From: an uncultured virus (IMG/VR IMGVR_UViG_3300017992_000022)
Lineage: Duplodnaviria; Heunggongvirae; Uroviricota; Caudoviricetes
Reading direction: 5' to 3' (one strand)
Length of the DNA stretch: 64,000 nt
Virus record (IMG/VR): IMGVR_UViG_3300017992_000022
Each line of letters begins with the position of its first letter. The first letter of the stretch is position 1. Below are positions 56,354 through 64,000 of this stretch, piece after piece. Both the position numbers and the translations under genes were made by a program. The notes under the pieces were generated by a model. The model searched no databases, was not told where the DNA came from, and saw only the letters and a list, made by a program, of their open reading frames with translations.

Positions 56354-56613
56354 TCATCAAGAAGCTGCGCTGGTATCACAGGGTACGGCACCTCATCCTC
56401 ACCTTCTTCGGAAAGGAGTGCTACGCCTGCGAGGTGGTCGACGAGGAGAACTACTGTCTCAAGGTGATGCGTGTCTGGCTATGTCCCAGCTGCTTGCGCT
56501 ACGTAGGCTATGACCGCGGATGCGACCACGAGGACCCTGAGGAGTCGAAGCTCTGTGACGACTGCTGGAGCGAGAGGAGAGACAAGATTGCCCAAGAAAA
56601 AGCTACCCAGTAA
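56326..56613 (+). CDS. Cys-rich hypothetical protein
   Basis: GAGGAG RBS; CYAC, CPSC, CDDC. Confidence 0.6.
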   Translation: MRYRSKNLVIIKKLRWYHRVRHLILTFFGKECYACEVVDEENYCLKVMRVWLCPSCLRYVGYDRGCDHEDPEESKLCDDCWSERRDKIAQEKATQ

Positions 56614-57394
56614 GCTGCTAACCGAGGTCCTGCTTCCCGATGTGACTATCTCTAACAAAGAAGTCAAGAGGAAGATCAAGCATCGACAACAAGAAATCCG
56701 ATCTGGTAAGACGTGGGCCCCGGCTCAAACGCACAAGATCTGTAAAAGCTGTAGAGGCCAATGCTGTTTCTTGTCCTCAGTCGTCCTAGATCGAGAAGCT
56801 GTGGACAGAAGGCTTCATGAGTTCAAAGGTGACTACACCTACGACGGGGCCGTCACTGCTCGAGCCTTGGAAGATCTAAACCGTAAGAACACCAAAGCTC
56901 CCATCCTCAAGAGGCGCGATGATGGGAGCTGCATCTACTTCGATCGAAAGAAACGAAGCTGCACCATCTACAGGCGCAGGCCCCATGCATGCAAAGCCTT
57001 CTTCTGTGGACGCGGGACCAAACGACCCCGGATTTGGCAACAGATTAGAATAACGGAGAAGGACCAAAGGCGCCGGAAGAAAAACAAGGAGGCGAAATTA
57101 AGAAAGATCTATCAGACGAAGAAAGATGCGTGGAAGCCAAACAGAGAAATGCCGATGCTCGCCGCCATCCTAGCCGGGGAGAAGCTCTGGAACAGCGGAG
57201 CTCCGGCCCTGGTGCAAAAGAACGAGATGGAGAAGGTGGCCGCAATGATCCGTGAAGAGCACGACTACATGCTCGAGCACGAGCCGCAGGACCAGTTCCA
57301 CGCCTGCGTTCTCCTCGGAGCGCTCAACGTTATCGAAGCTGCCTTGAGTCGTCGAAAGACGATACGGATTACGATTCAGGCCCCGCTGAACTGA
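56588..57394 (+). CDS. YkgJ-family (CxxCxxxCC) cysteine-cluster protein
   Basis: CKSCRGQCC...CIYF...CTIYRRRPHACKAFFC; probable TTG start with GAGGAG RBS. Confidence 0.75.
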   Translation: MPKKKLPSKLLTEVLLPDVTISNKEVKRKIKHRQQEIRSGKTWAPAQTHKICKSCRGQCCFLSSVVLDREAVDRRLHEFKGDYTYDGAVTARALEDLNRKNTKAPILKRRDDGSCIYFDRKKRSCTIYRRRPHACKAFFCGRGTKRPRIWQQIRITEKDQRRRKKNKEAKLRKIYQTKKDAWKPNREMPMLAAILAGEKLWNSGAPALVQKNEMEKVAAMIREEHDYMLEHEPQDQFHACVLLGALNVIEAALSRRKTIRITIQAPLN

Positions 57395-57440
57395 TCGACA
57401 ATGGTGTGGACCAGTTCGTGGACCGGTGGGGTCATAAACC

Positions 57441-57502
57441 GTCCCCCCCGCCCAGAATCGCAGGCCAGCGAGTGAGGATTTTCCTCTCTGGGCGGGGGGG
57501 AC
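57441..57502. other. Intergenic inverted repeat / three-way-junction element
   Basis: Perfect 16-bp inverted repeat GTCCCCCCCGCCCAGA / TCTGGGCGGGGGGGAC enclosing two mini-hairpins. Confidence 0.8.
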
Positions 57503-57517
57503 TTACTGAGATCTGAG

Positions 57518-57880
57518 GTGACTATGGCAGACGCAGTAGATCGCCGCGAGTTGACGGCAGAAACCATCGCTTGGATCGCGAATGACACGTACCTGAACAA
57601 GAAAATCGTACCGAGGATCAAATCGTTACCGAGGGACGTCCGACTCGTCTTAATAGACTTGCTCAACAAAGCCGCGCTTCTGAGCAAGGAAGCTGAAAAG
57701 AGTACTTCGGCGATGTTGGCAGATGATGCTCGAAACATCGCTCGAGAGGTGTCTACCTACGTCTGTGGGTGGTACAAGTCATTTCCATCGCACTGGATGG
57801 ACAGAGCTGAGGTAGTATTGAAAGAAGAGGAGCCGGAATATTTGCTCTACAAGGAACTCAAAAAACAGTTCGAGGGATAG
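57518..57880 (+). CDS. Hypothetical protein
   Basis: GAGGT RBS (start probably 57524); helical. Confidence 0.65.
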   Translation: MTMADAVDRRELTAETIAWIANDTYLNKKIVPRIKSLPRDVRLVLIDLLNKAALLSKEAEKSTSAMLADDARNIAREVSTYVCGWYKSFPSHWMDRAEVVLKEEEPEYLLYKELKKQFEG

Positions 57881-57881
57881 A

Positions 57882-58331
57882 ATGCAAAAGAGGGTGCTTC
57901 CACCTTCCGTGAAGCTCATAAAATTCGGAGAGCGCTGTGCTCATTTGGAACCGTACGAGCTGGAGAGGTACTTGCTCCTAACACCCCATCCAAATTTGGG
58001 GTCCTCCCCCTGGTGGAATGTGAAAGTCGAGGTATCAGACAACGACTCCGCTTGTGTGACCGCCCTCGTAGATCCAATTATTGCAGAGATCTCCGATTTG
58101 AACACGATCAGCCTCAGAAAGTTCTTGCGGGAGTTGATCTCTGGTTTGCAGAAATACGACATTGTCCCAGCACACGGCCCGGACAAGAAGTACGTGTTCA
58201 AAATCAAAGTCCGCTACAAGAAAAAACAAGTACTGGGAACGCTGCTACTGGGCGGGAGGAGAGATGAGGACGACCGCCCTGCCCACCAAGACGACTGCCC
58301 GTACTGCCCTTCTGGATACCATATCGATTGA
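57882..58331 (+). CDS. Hypothetical protein
   Basis: Last plus-strand gene of the run. Confidence 0.6.
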   Translation: MQKRVLPPSVKLIKFGERCAHLEPYELERYLLLTPHPNLGSSPWWNVKVEVSDNDSACVTALVDPIIAEISDLNTISLRKFLRELISGLQKYDIVPAHGPDKKYVFKIKVRYKKKQVLGTLLLGGRRDEDDRPAHQDDCPYCPSGYHID

Positions 58332-58371
58332 GCACCTAGGACGGGTGCTCCGAGGGAGGATTTTTCTCCCT
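58330..58371. terminator. Two hairpins between convergent gene blocks
   Basis: GAGCACC/GGTGCTC and AGGGAG/CTCCCT stems; no clear U tract. Confidence 0.4.
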
Positions 58372-58374
58372 TAG

Positions 58375-58575
58375 CTAGAACGCAAGATCGGCAAACTCAC
58401 GCCCGCAACGGGTGCATCGGTAAATGGACCCTCCAGTAGTCTCCACCTTCACTGCGTAGCCGATCCCGCATCCCAAACAACGGACCTTGTTAACACCAGC
58501 ATAATGCCGAGTCTTGACCAAGTTCACCTTGCGGCCCTGAGTTCCTTTGACTACACTTTTGCTCTTCTTTGCCAT
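58375..58575 (-). CDS. Small Zn-ribbon protein
   Basis: CLGCG..YRCTRCG. Confidence 0.7.
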   Translation of the reverse strand: MAKKSKSVVKGTQGRKVNLVKTRHYAGVNKVRCLGCGIGYAVKVETTGGSIYRCTRCGREFADLAF

Positions 58576-59672
58576 CAGCTTCCTCCGAAGATCTCCGCAC
58601 CGTCAGGATACTCAGGTGCATTCCGAGCTGCTTCGAGCTCCTTGTCCTTCACCTTCTGCTCGAGCTCGGCCATAGCCTCTTCGGCTTCTTCCTCTTTGCC
58701 CTCTTTGATCATGTCGATAGCGTGGGCTGCCTTTTCACCGAACTCTTTTGTCTCATCGAGGAGTTTCTGTTTCTCTCGCTCGACATCTTCCGGATCGTTC
58801 TCCTCTTCCTCTACCGCCTCCTTACGGATCTCCTCGATGACCTCAGGAAGGAGTTTACTCATGCTGTCTGTCCACTGTACAACCCCTGGTAGGAGACCCG
58901 CAACGAGCTCCTCCAGATTCGCTGAGTCCAGTTTATCACCATCCCCGCTAGCGATCATACGTTGGACAATAGTCTTGAGCAGCGCCTTCTCCTTGAAGGC
59001 GTCCATCTTCTCCTTCTGCTGTTTGGTCTTGTCTCTTTGCTCCAAGACCTTGTCTACAATGTCCGGTGCGATGGCGGACATCTCGTCCTCCCATTGGATC
59101 CCTTGTGGCGGGAGGAAAGACTTTAGCAGCTCGTTGAGATCTCCGTCTTCTCGGGCTTTGCGGAGTCTGTCCTCGTCCTTACTGGCGGATTGCCCAGCCA
59201 AATAAAAGACGACCTTGTGGCGAGTCTCGATCTTCTCCTTCTCCACGCGTTCCTTGATCTCATCATCCGTAAGGACCACGCCGTTCATGAAGGCTTCTCG
59301 GTTTTCGCTGTAATGCGCCTGCTCGCCGTACCAACCCCAATCGATGACCTGGGCCTCCCCCATCTCGTCCGTGCCCTCCGCCCTTCTCTCGATCGTGCGG
59401 ACGCGCGTCACACCGCCCAAAGCATCGTTGAGTACACGCCGGATCAACACGACGTGTTCCTCTGCACCCTTCAACCCATCAGCCTGTCTCTGCTGATTCT
59501 CGAAGAGTTCCTGATTGCTTTTACGTACAGCCTGTTCAAATTGCCCAACATCGCTTCGCAAAGAGTTGAGCTGTCCTGCGAAGAAGTCGACCATCTTCTT
59601 GTTGGACTCTTGGACTGATTTGCGCCGAGAAAGAGGCTTGCTGCTCTTGACCGGCTTACGTTTTTTTGCCAC
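58575..59672 (-). CDS. Acidic coiled-coil protein
   Basis: GTG start with GGAGG RBS; internal duplication GDLNELL..FLP..IQW / DKLDS..ELV..LLP..VQW. Confidence 0.7.
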   Translation of the reverse strand: MAKKRKPVKSSKPLSRRKSVQESNKKMVDFFAGQLNSLRSDVGQFEQAVRKSNQELFENQQRQADGLKGAEEHVVLIRRVLNDALGGVTRVRTIERRAEGTDEMGEAQVIDWGWYGEQAHYSENREAFMNGVVLTDDEIKERVEKEKIETRHKVVFYLAGQSASKDEDRLRKAREDGDLNELLKSFLPPQGIQWEDEMSAIAPDIVDKVLEQRDKTKQQKEKMDAFKEKALLKTIVQRMIASGDGDKLDSANLEELVAGLLPGVVQWTDSMSKLLPEVIEEIRKEAVEEEENDPEDVEREKQKLLDETKEFGEKAAHAIDMIKEGKEEEAEEAMAELEQKVKDKELEAARNAPEYPDGAEIFGGS

Positions 59673-60021
59673 TGCTATTCCTCCGCTTAGGCGGCGCCCG
59701 GCGGGACGCCTTCTTTTTCTTGGTGGTGGCCTTCTTTTTCTTGGTAGTGGCCTTCTTCCCGGGTACCGGATGGTGCGTCAGCTCTGCCGCGTCAGCTTGT
59801 AGCCTGATCCTCAATACCTCTAAATCATCTCGTACCTCTTCGATAACATCCTCTGGCACAATACCTTGATCTACAGGGGATGCAATACCGCTCTGGGGAC
59901 TGTACGAGTCGGTGCTGATGAACTTGGACAAGTACTCTATGGCCTCCGAAAGCACCCGCTGCTTCAACTTGATCCGATCTAGCTCTTCCAGTAGGTCGGC
60001 TATCGTCTTCTTGGTCGTCAT
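59656..60021 (-). CDS. Hypothetical protein with Lys-rich histone-like tail
   Basis: KKATTKKKKATTKKKKASRR. Confidence 0.7.
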   Translation of the reverse strand: MTTKKTIADLLEELDRIKLKQRVLSEAIEYLSKFISTDSYSPQSGIASPVDQGIVPEDVIEEVRDDLEVLRIRLQADAAELTHHPVPGKKATTKKKKATTKKKKASRRAPPKRRNSSGKKT

Positions 60022-60743
60022 GCGTTGATGAAAGCTCGGATGCGCCCGTATAGATCTGCCCCGTGTTTTGTATCGGTGATGATGTTACGAAGCGGGTATA
60101 TGTGCAAGCCCCGATTCTTTCGTGCCTTGGCGATCTCTTCCCCCCCACGATTCCTCGCCATCTCCATCATGCTCTGATACCTGATGTCTGTGGGGTGAAA
60201 CTTGAGGTAGAGATCTGCGTCCAAATTGAGGCGTCGCAGCATTTGAAGAATAGCGTAAGCCCAATCCTGCTCAGTCAGCTTGTACAGCCTCTCCCCGGTA
60301 GTGTTTTCACTAGGCCATATCTTCCCGCACTCTCCACAAATACTGATGCTCCTGAACTCCTCAACCTCCCTTCCGTTGACTTTCCTGACAATGGTCCTTT
60401 GCGAAATCTGGTCTGGCAAAATCCAAGCACCGCATCTTGGGTCTGGGCACTCGAAGATCTTTTCGTCTCCTCCGCCATGAAACTTGGTTCCCGATAACCA
60501 AGCGCTCACCACACCGGGAAAAGGAGAACCGCGAGATGTTCTCCCCTTACCGAATTGGATCTCCAGCTTGTACTTTGCTTTGATCTCCTCCTTGAGGAGC
60601 TTGTCCATGGCCTGGATCTGTTTATTCAAGGCCTCGAGCTCTTCTCCTGACATCACGACGGAGGTGACCTCTCCGCGATTCTCTCTATCCAGGAGCTCCG
60701 CTTGTCGCTTGAGGCTGCTTTCCGGCCCGAATGATTCACTCAT
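60018..60743 (-). CDS. Zn-ribbon-containing protein
   Basis: CPDPRC...CGECG. Confidence 0.7.
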   Translation of the reverse strand: MSESFGPESSLKRQAELLDRENRGEVTSVVMSGEELEALNKQIQAMDKLLKEEIKAKYKLEIQFGKGRTSRGSPFPGVVSAWLSGTKFHGGGDEKIFECPDPRCGAWILPDQISQRTIVRKVNGREVEEFRSISICGECGKIWPSENTTGERLYKLTEQDWAYAILQMLRRLNLDADLYLKFHPTDIRYQSMMEMARNRGGEEIAKARKNRGLHIYPLRNIITDTKHGADLYGRIRAFINA

Positions 60744-61195
60744 AACTTATGCGCTCCCTTCTGACTGAGACCACCCGTCATAGGTCCGGCAGCTTTTGGG
60801 TTACGGGGTCCATGCGGTGCGTTACGATTTTCTTTGGCCCCGACCAACGGGTAGGAGTCCAGCTGGTGCATCATCTGAGGAGCTTGTTGCGCTGCCTGAG
60901 AAAAGTTTTTGATCAGCTGTTGCAAGATCTCTTCTTTGTCCGGCTTCTTCTTCCACTGTGCAATGAAATTCCAGACGTACCGGATCTTCCCATCCTGGTG
61001 AAAATACCTCTTGCAGATGTGATCTTCCCACCCCTGCTTCCTTGCCAGTACGTACTCCAAAATCGCGACCCAGTCCCGCAACCTTTTTGCGGACACTCTG
61101 TGAACGATGTGGAGCGAATTAGGGCCATCGTTGATCTTGATGACTTCGGCTACACCCGTGGAGTTGATAGCCGCAGCCACGTTTTCTGGTTTCAT
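60740..61195 (-). CDS. Hypothetical protein
   Basis: ATGA coupling; AAGGAGG RBS. Confidence 0.7.
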   Translation of the reverse strand: MKPENVAAAINSTGVAEVIKINDGPNSLHIVHRVSAKRLRDWVAILEYVLARKQGWEDHICKRYFHQDGKIRYVWNFIAQWKKKPDKEEILQQLIKNFSQAAQQAPQMMHQLDSYPLVGAKENRNAPHGPRNPKAAGPMTGGLSQKGAHKL

Positions 61196-61836
61196 TTTAC
61201 GTACACCTCCTTCAGACGCTCCACGTCTTTACTCGACAGGTCTTTACCCCTACCAGTAGCGTTAGGGTACATAATGGACCCTTTAAGGCGGTCGTGGGCC
61301 AACCCGAAAGCGTGTAGGAACTCATGCAAGTAGACCCTATTGAGTAGCTCTTTCGACACAGAAGGATCGACCTTGATGATCGCTCCGTAGAGTTTTCCGG
61401 TCTCCCTGTCCGCAAACAGCGAAGTCACTCCCCCATGCTTGGGATCGAACGGTGAGCTGACGTACACCCCTTCGCCTCCGTCGCTATCAGTTCCCAGCGT
61501 GACCAGGATGACTCCTCGAGCAGGCTTTGTCGGGAAAGGCTTCTTCAACAACCAGGGGCGGCAGATACCGATGACGTTCCCCACACGCTCATGGATGGTG
61601 TCCGTCGCAAAATCGATGTACTCCTGATGTTTCTCTGCTGCGTCGCTATACATGCAAGAGAGAGGCAACGAAGATCTCTCCCACCTCAATATCTCTCCAT
61701 CACTTCCTCTCAAGAAGCCCTCGTCCCCTTCTTTCGTCAGAACTGCGTATACGATCGCCGCAACCGCCATCAACAAGACGACCAGTACGATCAAACTCAT
61801 AACCCAATTCTGCTTTAAGAACTGCCATCTCGACAT
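61192..61836 (-). CDS. Membrane-anchored matrixin-like (metzincin) metalloprotease
   Basis: HEFLHAFGLAH (HExxHxxGxxH) plus Met-turn SIMYP; N-terminal TM helix. Confidence 0.88.
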   Translation of the reverse strand: MSRWQFLKQNWVMSLIVLVVLLMAVAAIVYAVLTKEGDEGFLRGSDGEILRWERSSLPLSCMYSDAAEKHQEYIDFATDTIHERVGNVIGICRPWLLKKPFPTKPARGVILVTLGTDSDGGEGVYVSSPFDPKHGGVTSLFADRETGKLYGAIIKVDPSVSKELLNRVYLHEFLHAFGLAHDRLKGSIMYPNATGRGKDLSSKDVERLKEVYVK

Positions 61837-62539
61837 CGGTCAACTCCCTGTTCAAGCGAGTGATGAACTGTACCGGCTGGCTGAAGAGCTTCCTTACCCT
61901 CCTCCAACCCTCTTCAAGACCGAAGCGCTCCAACAAATGCCTGATCTCTAGAGCACCCCTTACACGGTGTTGTTTCAAGATCTCTTCTGTGCAGTCAGAA
62001 GTGACTGGATCTGCTCTGATGAATGCAATGAGCTCCTTCAGGCTAGGTATTACTTCTGCTCTTCCGGAAGTAACTCCCCATTGTCTACCACCACTGTACT
62101 GCTTTGGACGATCAACACCCCCGACAACGATATCAGTACGGTTTTCCCTCCCCTCACGGGATCTGGTCTGAACTCGGTTATCGAGAACATGCTCGGATCC
62201 AGCACTTTCACCTGGAGATGTTTCCTCGCTACTGCACCGTCTTCTCGACGCTCCACTAGCATCATTTTGACGTGGACGTCTTCTACCTCGGTCTTCATGT
62301 ACCAGCTCCTCTTTCTTAGCCCTGCTGAGCTTCTTGATCCTAGCTTCAGCTTTGTACGCCGCACTCTTACTCTTTTCCTGCCGGGACCAAACTAGCTCTA
62401 CAGGTCTCTCGGACCAACACATCTTCGACGCTTTGCTGCGAAGATGGTTGTGCTCGTAGATCCGCCTCCTAACGTCCGTCGTCACCCCAGTGTACAACCT
62501 GCCTGTCACTGTTCTAGCTATGTACGTGAACCAACTCAT
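61700..62539 (-). CDS. GIY-YIG nuclease (YhbQ-like) with a long C-terminal read-through
   Basis: FTYI..LYTGVTTD..RRI.EHN...AYKAEARIKKLSRAKKEELV in the first ~80 aa. Confidence 0.8.
   Translation of the reverse strand: MSWFTYIARTVTGRLYTGVTTDVRRRIYEHNHLRSKASKMCWSERPVELVWSRQEKSKSAAYKAEARIKKLSRAKKEELVHEDRGRRRPRQNDASGASRRRCSSEETSPGESAGSEHVLDNRVQTRSREGRENRTDIVVGGVDRPKQYSGGRQWGVTSGRAEVIPSLKELIAFIRADPVTSDCTEEILKQHRVRGALEIRHLLERFGLEEGWRRVRKLFSQPVQFITRLNRELTDVEMAVLKAELGYEFDRTGRLVDGGCGDRIRSSDERRGRGLLERK
62050..62298 (-). CDS. Hypothetical protein nested in another frame of the GIY-YIG ORF
   Basis: ATG 62298 with GAGGAG RBS; protein-like composition. Confidence 0.55.
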   Translation of the reverse strand: MKTEVEDVHVKMMLVERREDGAVARKHLQVKVLDPSMFSITEFRPDPVRGGKTVLISLSGVLIVQSSTVVVDNGELLPEEQK

Positions 62540-63147
62540 CTACGAGATCGGTGCCTACACTTGTTGTAGCCGTCTCCGATAGAGTGCTGGAACTCTAGTG
62601 CCTCCATGAGCGTAGGAGGCATACGCAAAGTCTCCATTAACCCGACAGTCATGTAGCAATCTGCCAAAGCGCGATGCGCGTCCTTGACCCGAACACCACG
62701 TCTCTTACAAGCTATGGATAGACTACACTTCTTGCCTCGATCTTCGTTTCTGACCCAAGGAAGTGGGTCGATCACAGAATCGGAGATATCTAGCTCCTTG
62801 CCGCACCATTGAACCTCTTTACGCAAAAAACGGAAGTCGAACTTGCTGTTGTAAGCCACGACAGTGGACGGACCCTGCATCACGTCTATCAGGAAGTCCG
62901 CGATGACCTCGAAATCATCAGCCTCTTCTACCTCCTCTTGCGTGATACCGGTGAGCTCGACTATTTCGTCTGGCAGCACTATGCCCGGATTGCAGAGCTT
63001 GGATAGATCCATGATGACTTCTTCGTCTTCGATCCAAATCAACCCAAGCTCGATGACCCGATCGCTGTTCTTGAATCCCGTAGTCTCGACATCGACTACG
63101 ACGACTCTTTCAGTCTTCAAGCAGGGGGGTAGGTGGACTCGTTTCAT
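62536..63147 (-). CDS. DEDDh 3'-5' exonuclease (DnaQ/Pol III epsilon-like)
   Basis: DVETTG; AYNSKFD; HRALAD. Confidence 0.92.
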   Translation of the reverse strand: MKRVHLPPCLKTERVVVVDVETTGFKNSDRVIELGLIWIEDEEVIMDLSKLCNPGIVLPDEIVELTGITQEEVEEADDFEVIADFLIDVMQGPSTVVAYNSKFDFRFLRKEVQWCGKELDISDSVIDPLPWVRNEDRGKKCSLSIACKRRGVRVKDAHRALADCYMTVGLMETLRMPPTLMEALEFQHSIGDGYNKCRHRSRR

Positions 63148-63431
63148 TCCTCCGGCCTTTCCACTTCAGCTCCATCTGGGGGTTCTTCTACCTCCTCAAG
63201 GTGCTTGCACGGCATTCCGCCCGCCACTTCTGGAAGAGGAGTTCCCCCTGGCTCCCCGTCCTTGCGTGGCATCATGCAACAAGCAGCTTGGCACTCGAGA
63301 TAACATCCTCCCTTCCTCTCTACCCCTGTGAAGTAGTACCCGCAGCTCTCTGGCAAGAAGCTGTCGTACTGAGGGTAATCACGGCACACCTTGGGCCTCT
63401 TGTCGTGGATGCCGCAGATCAAGTAGCTCAA
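63144..63431 (-). CDS. YkgJ-like Cys-rich protein
   Basis: CGIHDKRPKVCRDYP..CGY; CYLECQAACC. Confidence 0.65.
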   Translation of the reverse strand: MSYLICGIHDKRPKVCRDYPQYDSFLPESCGYYFTGVERKGGCYLECQAACCMMPRKDGEPGGTPLPEVAGGMPCKHLEEVEEPPDGAEVERPEE

Positions 63432-63781
63432 TTTGCCGACTCCACGGTACGAAGCTTGGCTTCCTTCCTCTCCTTGCGGCGAGTGAAGAAGTCTCGAACC
63501 TTGTTCATGTCCGTGTCGATCTCGAGCTTCATTCCGCCAATGCGGATGAACCCCTCAATGAAGTAGTTGTCAGAATCCGTCGGGAAGATCTGAATGCTGA
63601 CTACCGGCTGCTTCTGGGACATGGTTACCTCCTTCTCTGGAACACTGACCAGGTGGGTCAGCCTTCTGCGGCGGCAGTGAGAGCAACCGAGCTCATCTTC
63701 CGGCCAACCGCGGTTATTTTCGCCGAACTCTCTTAATTGATCGCTCGGCACCGACCTCTTACAACCAAAACACTTTGGCAC
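63428..63781 (-). CDS. Hypothetical protein (Zn-finger N-terminus; possible internal start at MSQKQ)
   Basis: CFGC..CSHC; AAGGAGG precedes the internal ATG. Confidence 0.55.
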   Translation of the reverse strand: MPKCFGCKRSVPSDQLREFGENNRGWPEDELGCSHCRRRRLTHLVSVPEKEVTMSQKQPVVSIQIFPTDSDNYFIEGFIRIGGMKLEIDTDMNKVRDFFTRRKERKEAKLRTVESAN

Positions 63782-63783
63782 GA

Positions 63784-64000
63784 CTACCTCCCCTTGATGA
63801 TCGACTCTTCACCCTCAAGAGCCTCAGTAGTGCAGAACCAGTGCGTTGGGACAGACTTACCTTCTTCGATCGTCGAGTGCAGTGCACTCACCTCTGTGAT
63901 CTGTCTTTCGTTGCGAGGTGGGTCGATGGAGTAGTCCACCAAAATCACTGACGGGCGCATCATAACTGACAGAGTGTTGTACTCACCCCTTGTCTCAGGG
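63784..64000 (-). CDS. Hypothetical protein (partial, 3' end only)
   Basis: Open frame from the window edge ending ...EESIIKGR-TAG. Confidence 0.5.
   Translation of the reverse strand, partial: PETRGEYNTLSVMMRPSVILVDYSIDPPRNERQITEVSALHSTIEEGKSVPTHWFCTTEALEGEESIIKGR

Noticed and set aside
1..64000. Stop-codon reassignment
   Set aside because: Genes tile densely under code 11 and end in TAA, TAG and TGA.

Overview
The whole window looks like part of a large, contractile-tailed dsDNA phage (jumbo-myovirus-like). It uses the standard genetic code. I found no rRNA, tRNA, CRISPR array, integrase or transposase. Positions 1-42.1 kb form a minus-strand virion module: a holin-like gene cut by the window edge, a beta-helix tail fibre/spike, baseplate wedge proteins, Ig-like and coiled-coil repeat proteins, a GT4 glycosyltransferase, a second holin-like gene next to a stand-alone MshEN-like gene, a sigma70-family factor, a probable hub protein and a probable tape measure protein. 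Positions 42.1-44.1 kb are a strand-switch region rich in palindromes, terminators and a recurring GG(T/G)ATAAG promoter-like motif, and contain a candidate ~300-nt structured non-coding RNA. Positions 44.1-58.3 kb are a plus-strand run of small, often Cys-rich genes, including a pyrimidine-dimer glycosylase-like gene, a dual-frame hexamer-repeat locus, a WGR-fused DNA ligase and a YkgJ-like protein. Positions 58.4-64 kb are a convergent minus-strand block with a metzincin protease, a GIY-YIG nuclease with a nested gene, and a DnaQ-like exonuclease. All family calls come from motifs recognised by eye and from gene context; no database search or folding program was run. The best novelty candidates are the structured RNA, the MshEN-like protein coupled to a holin-like gene, the sigma factor with its promoter motif, and the hexamer-repeat overlapping-gene locus.
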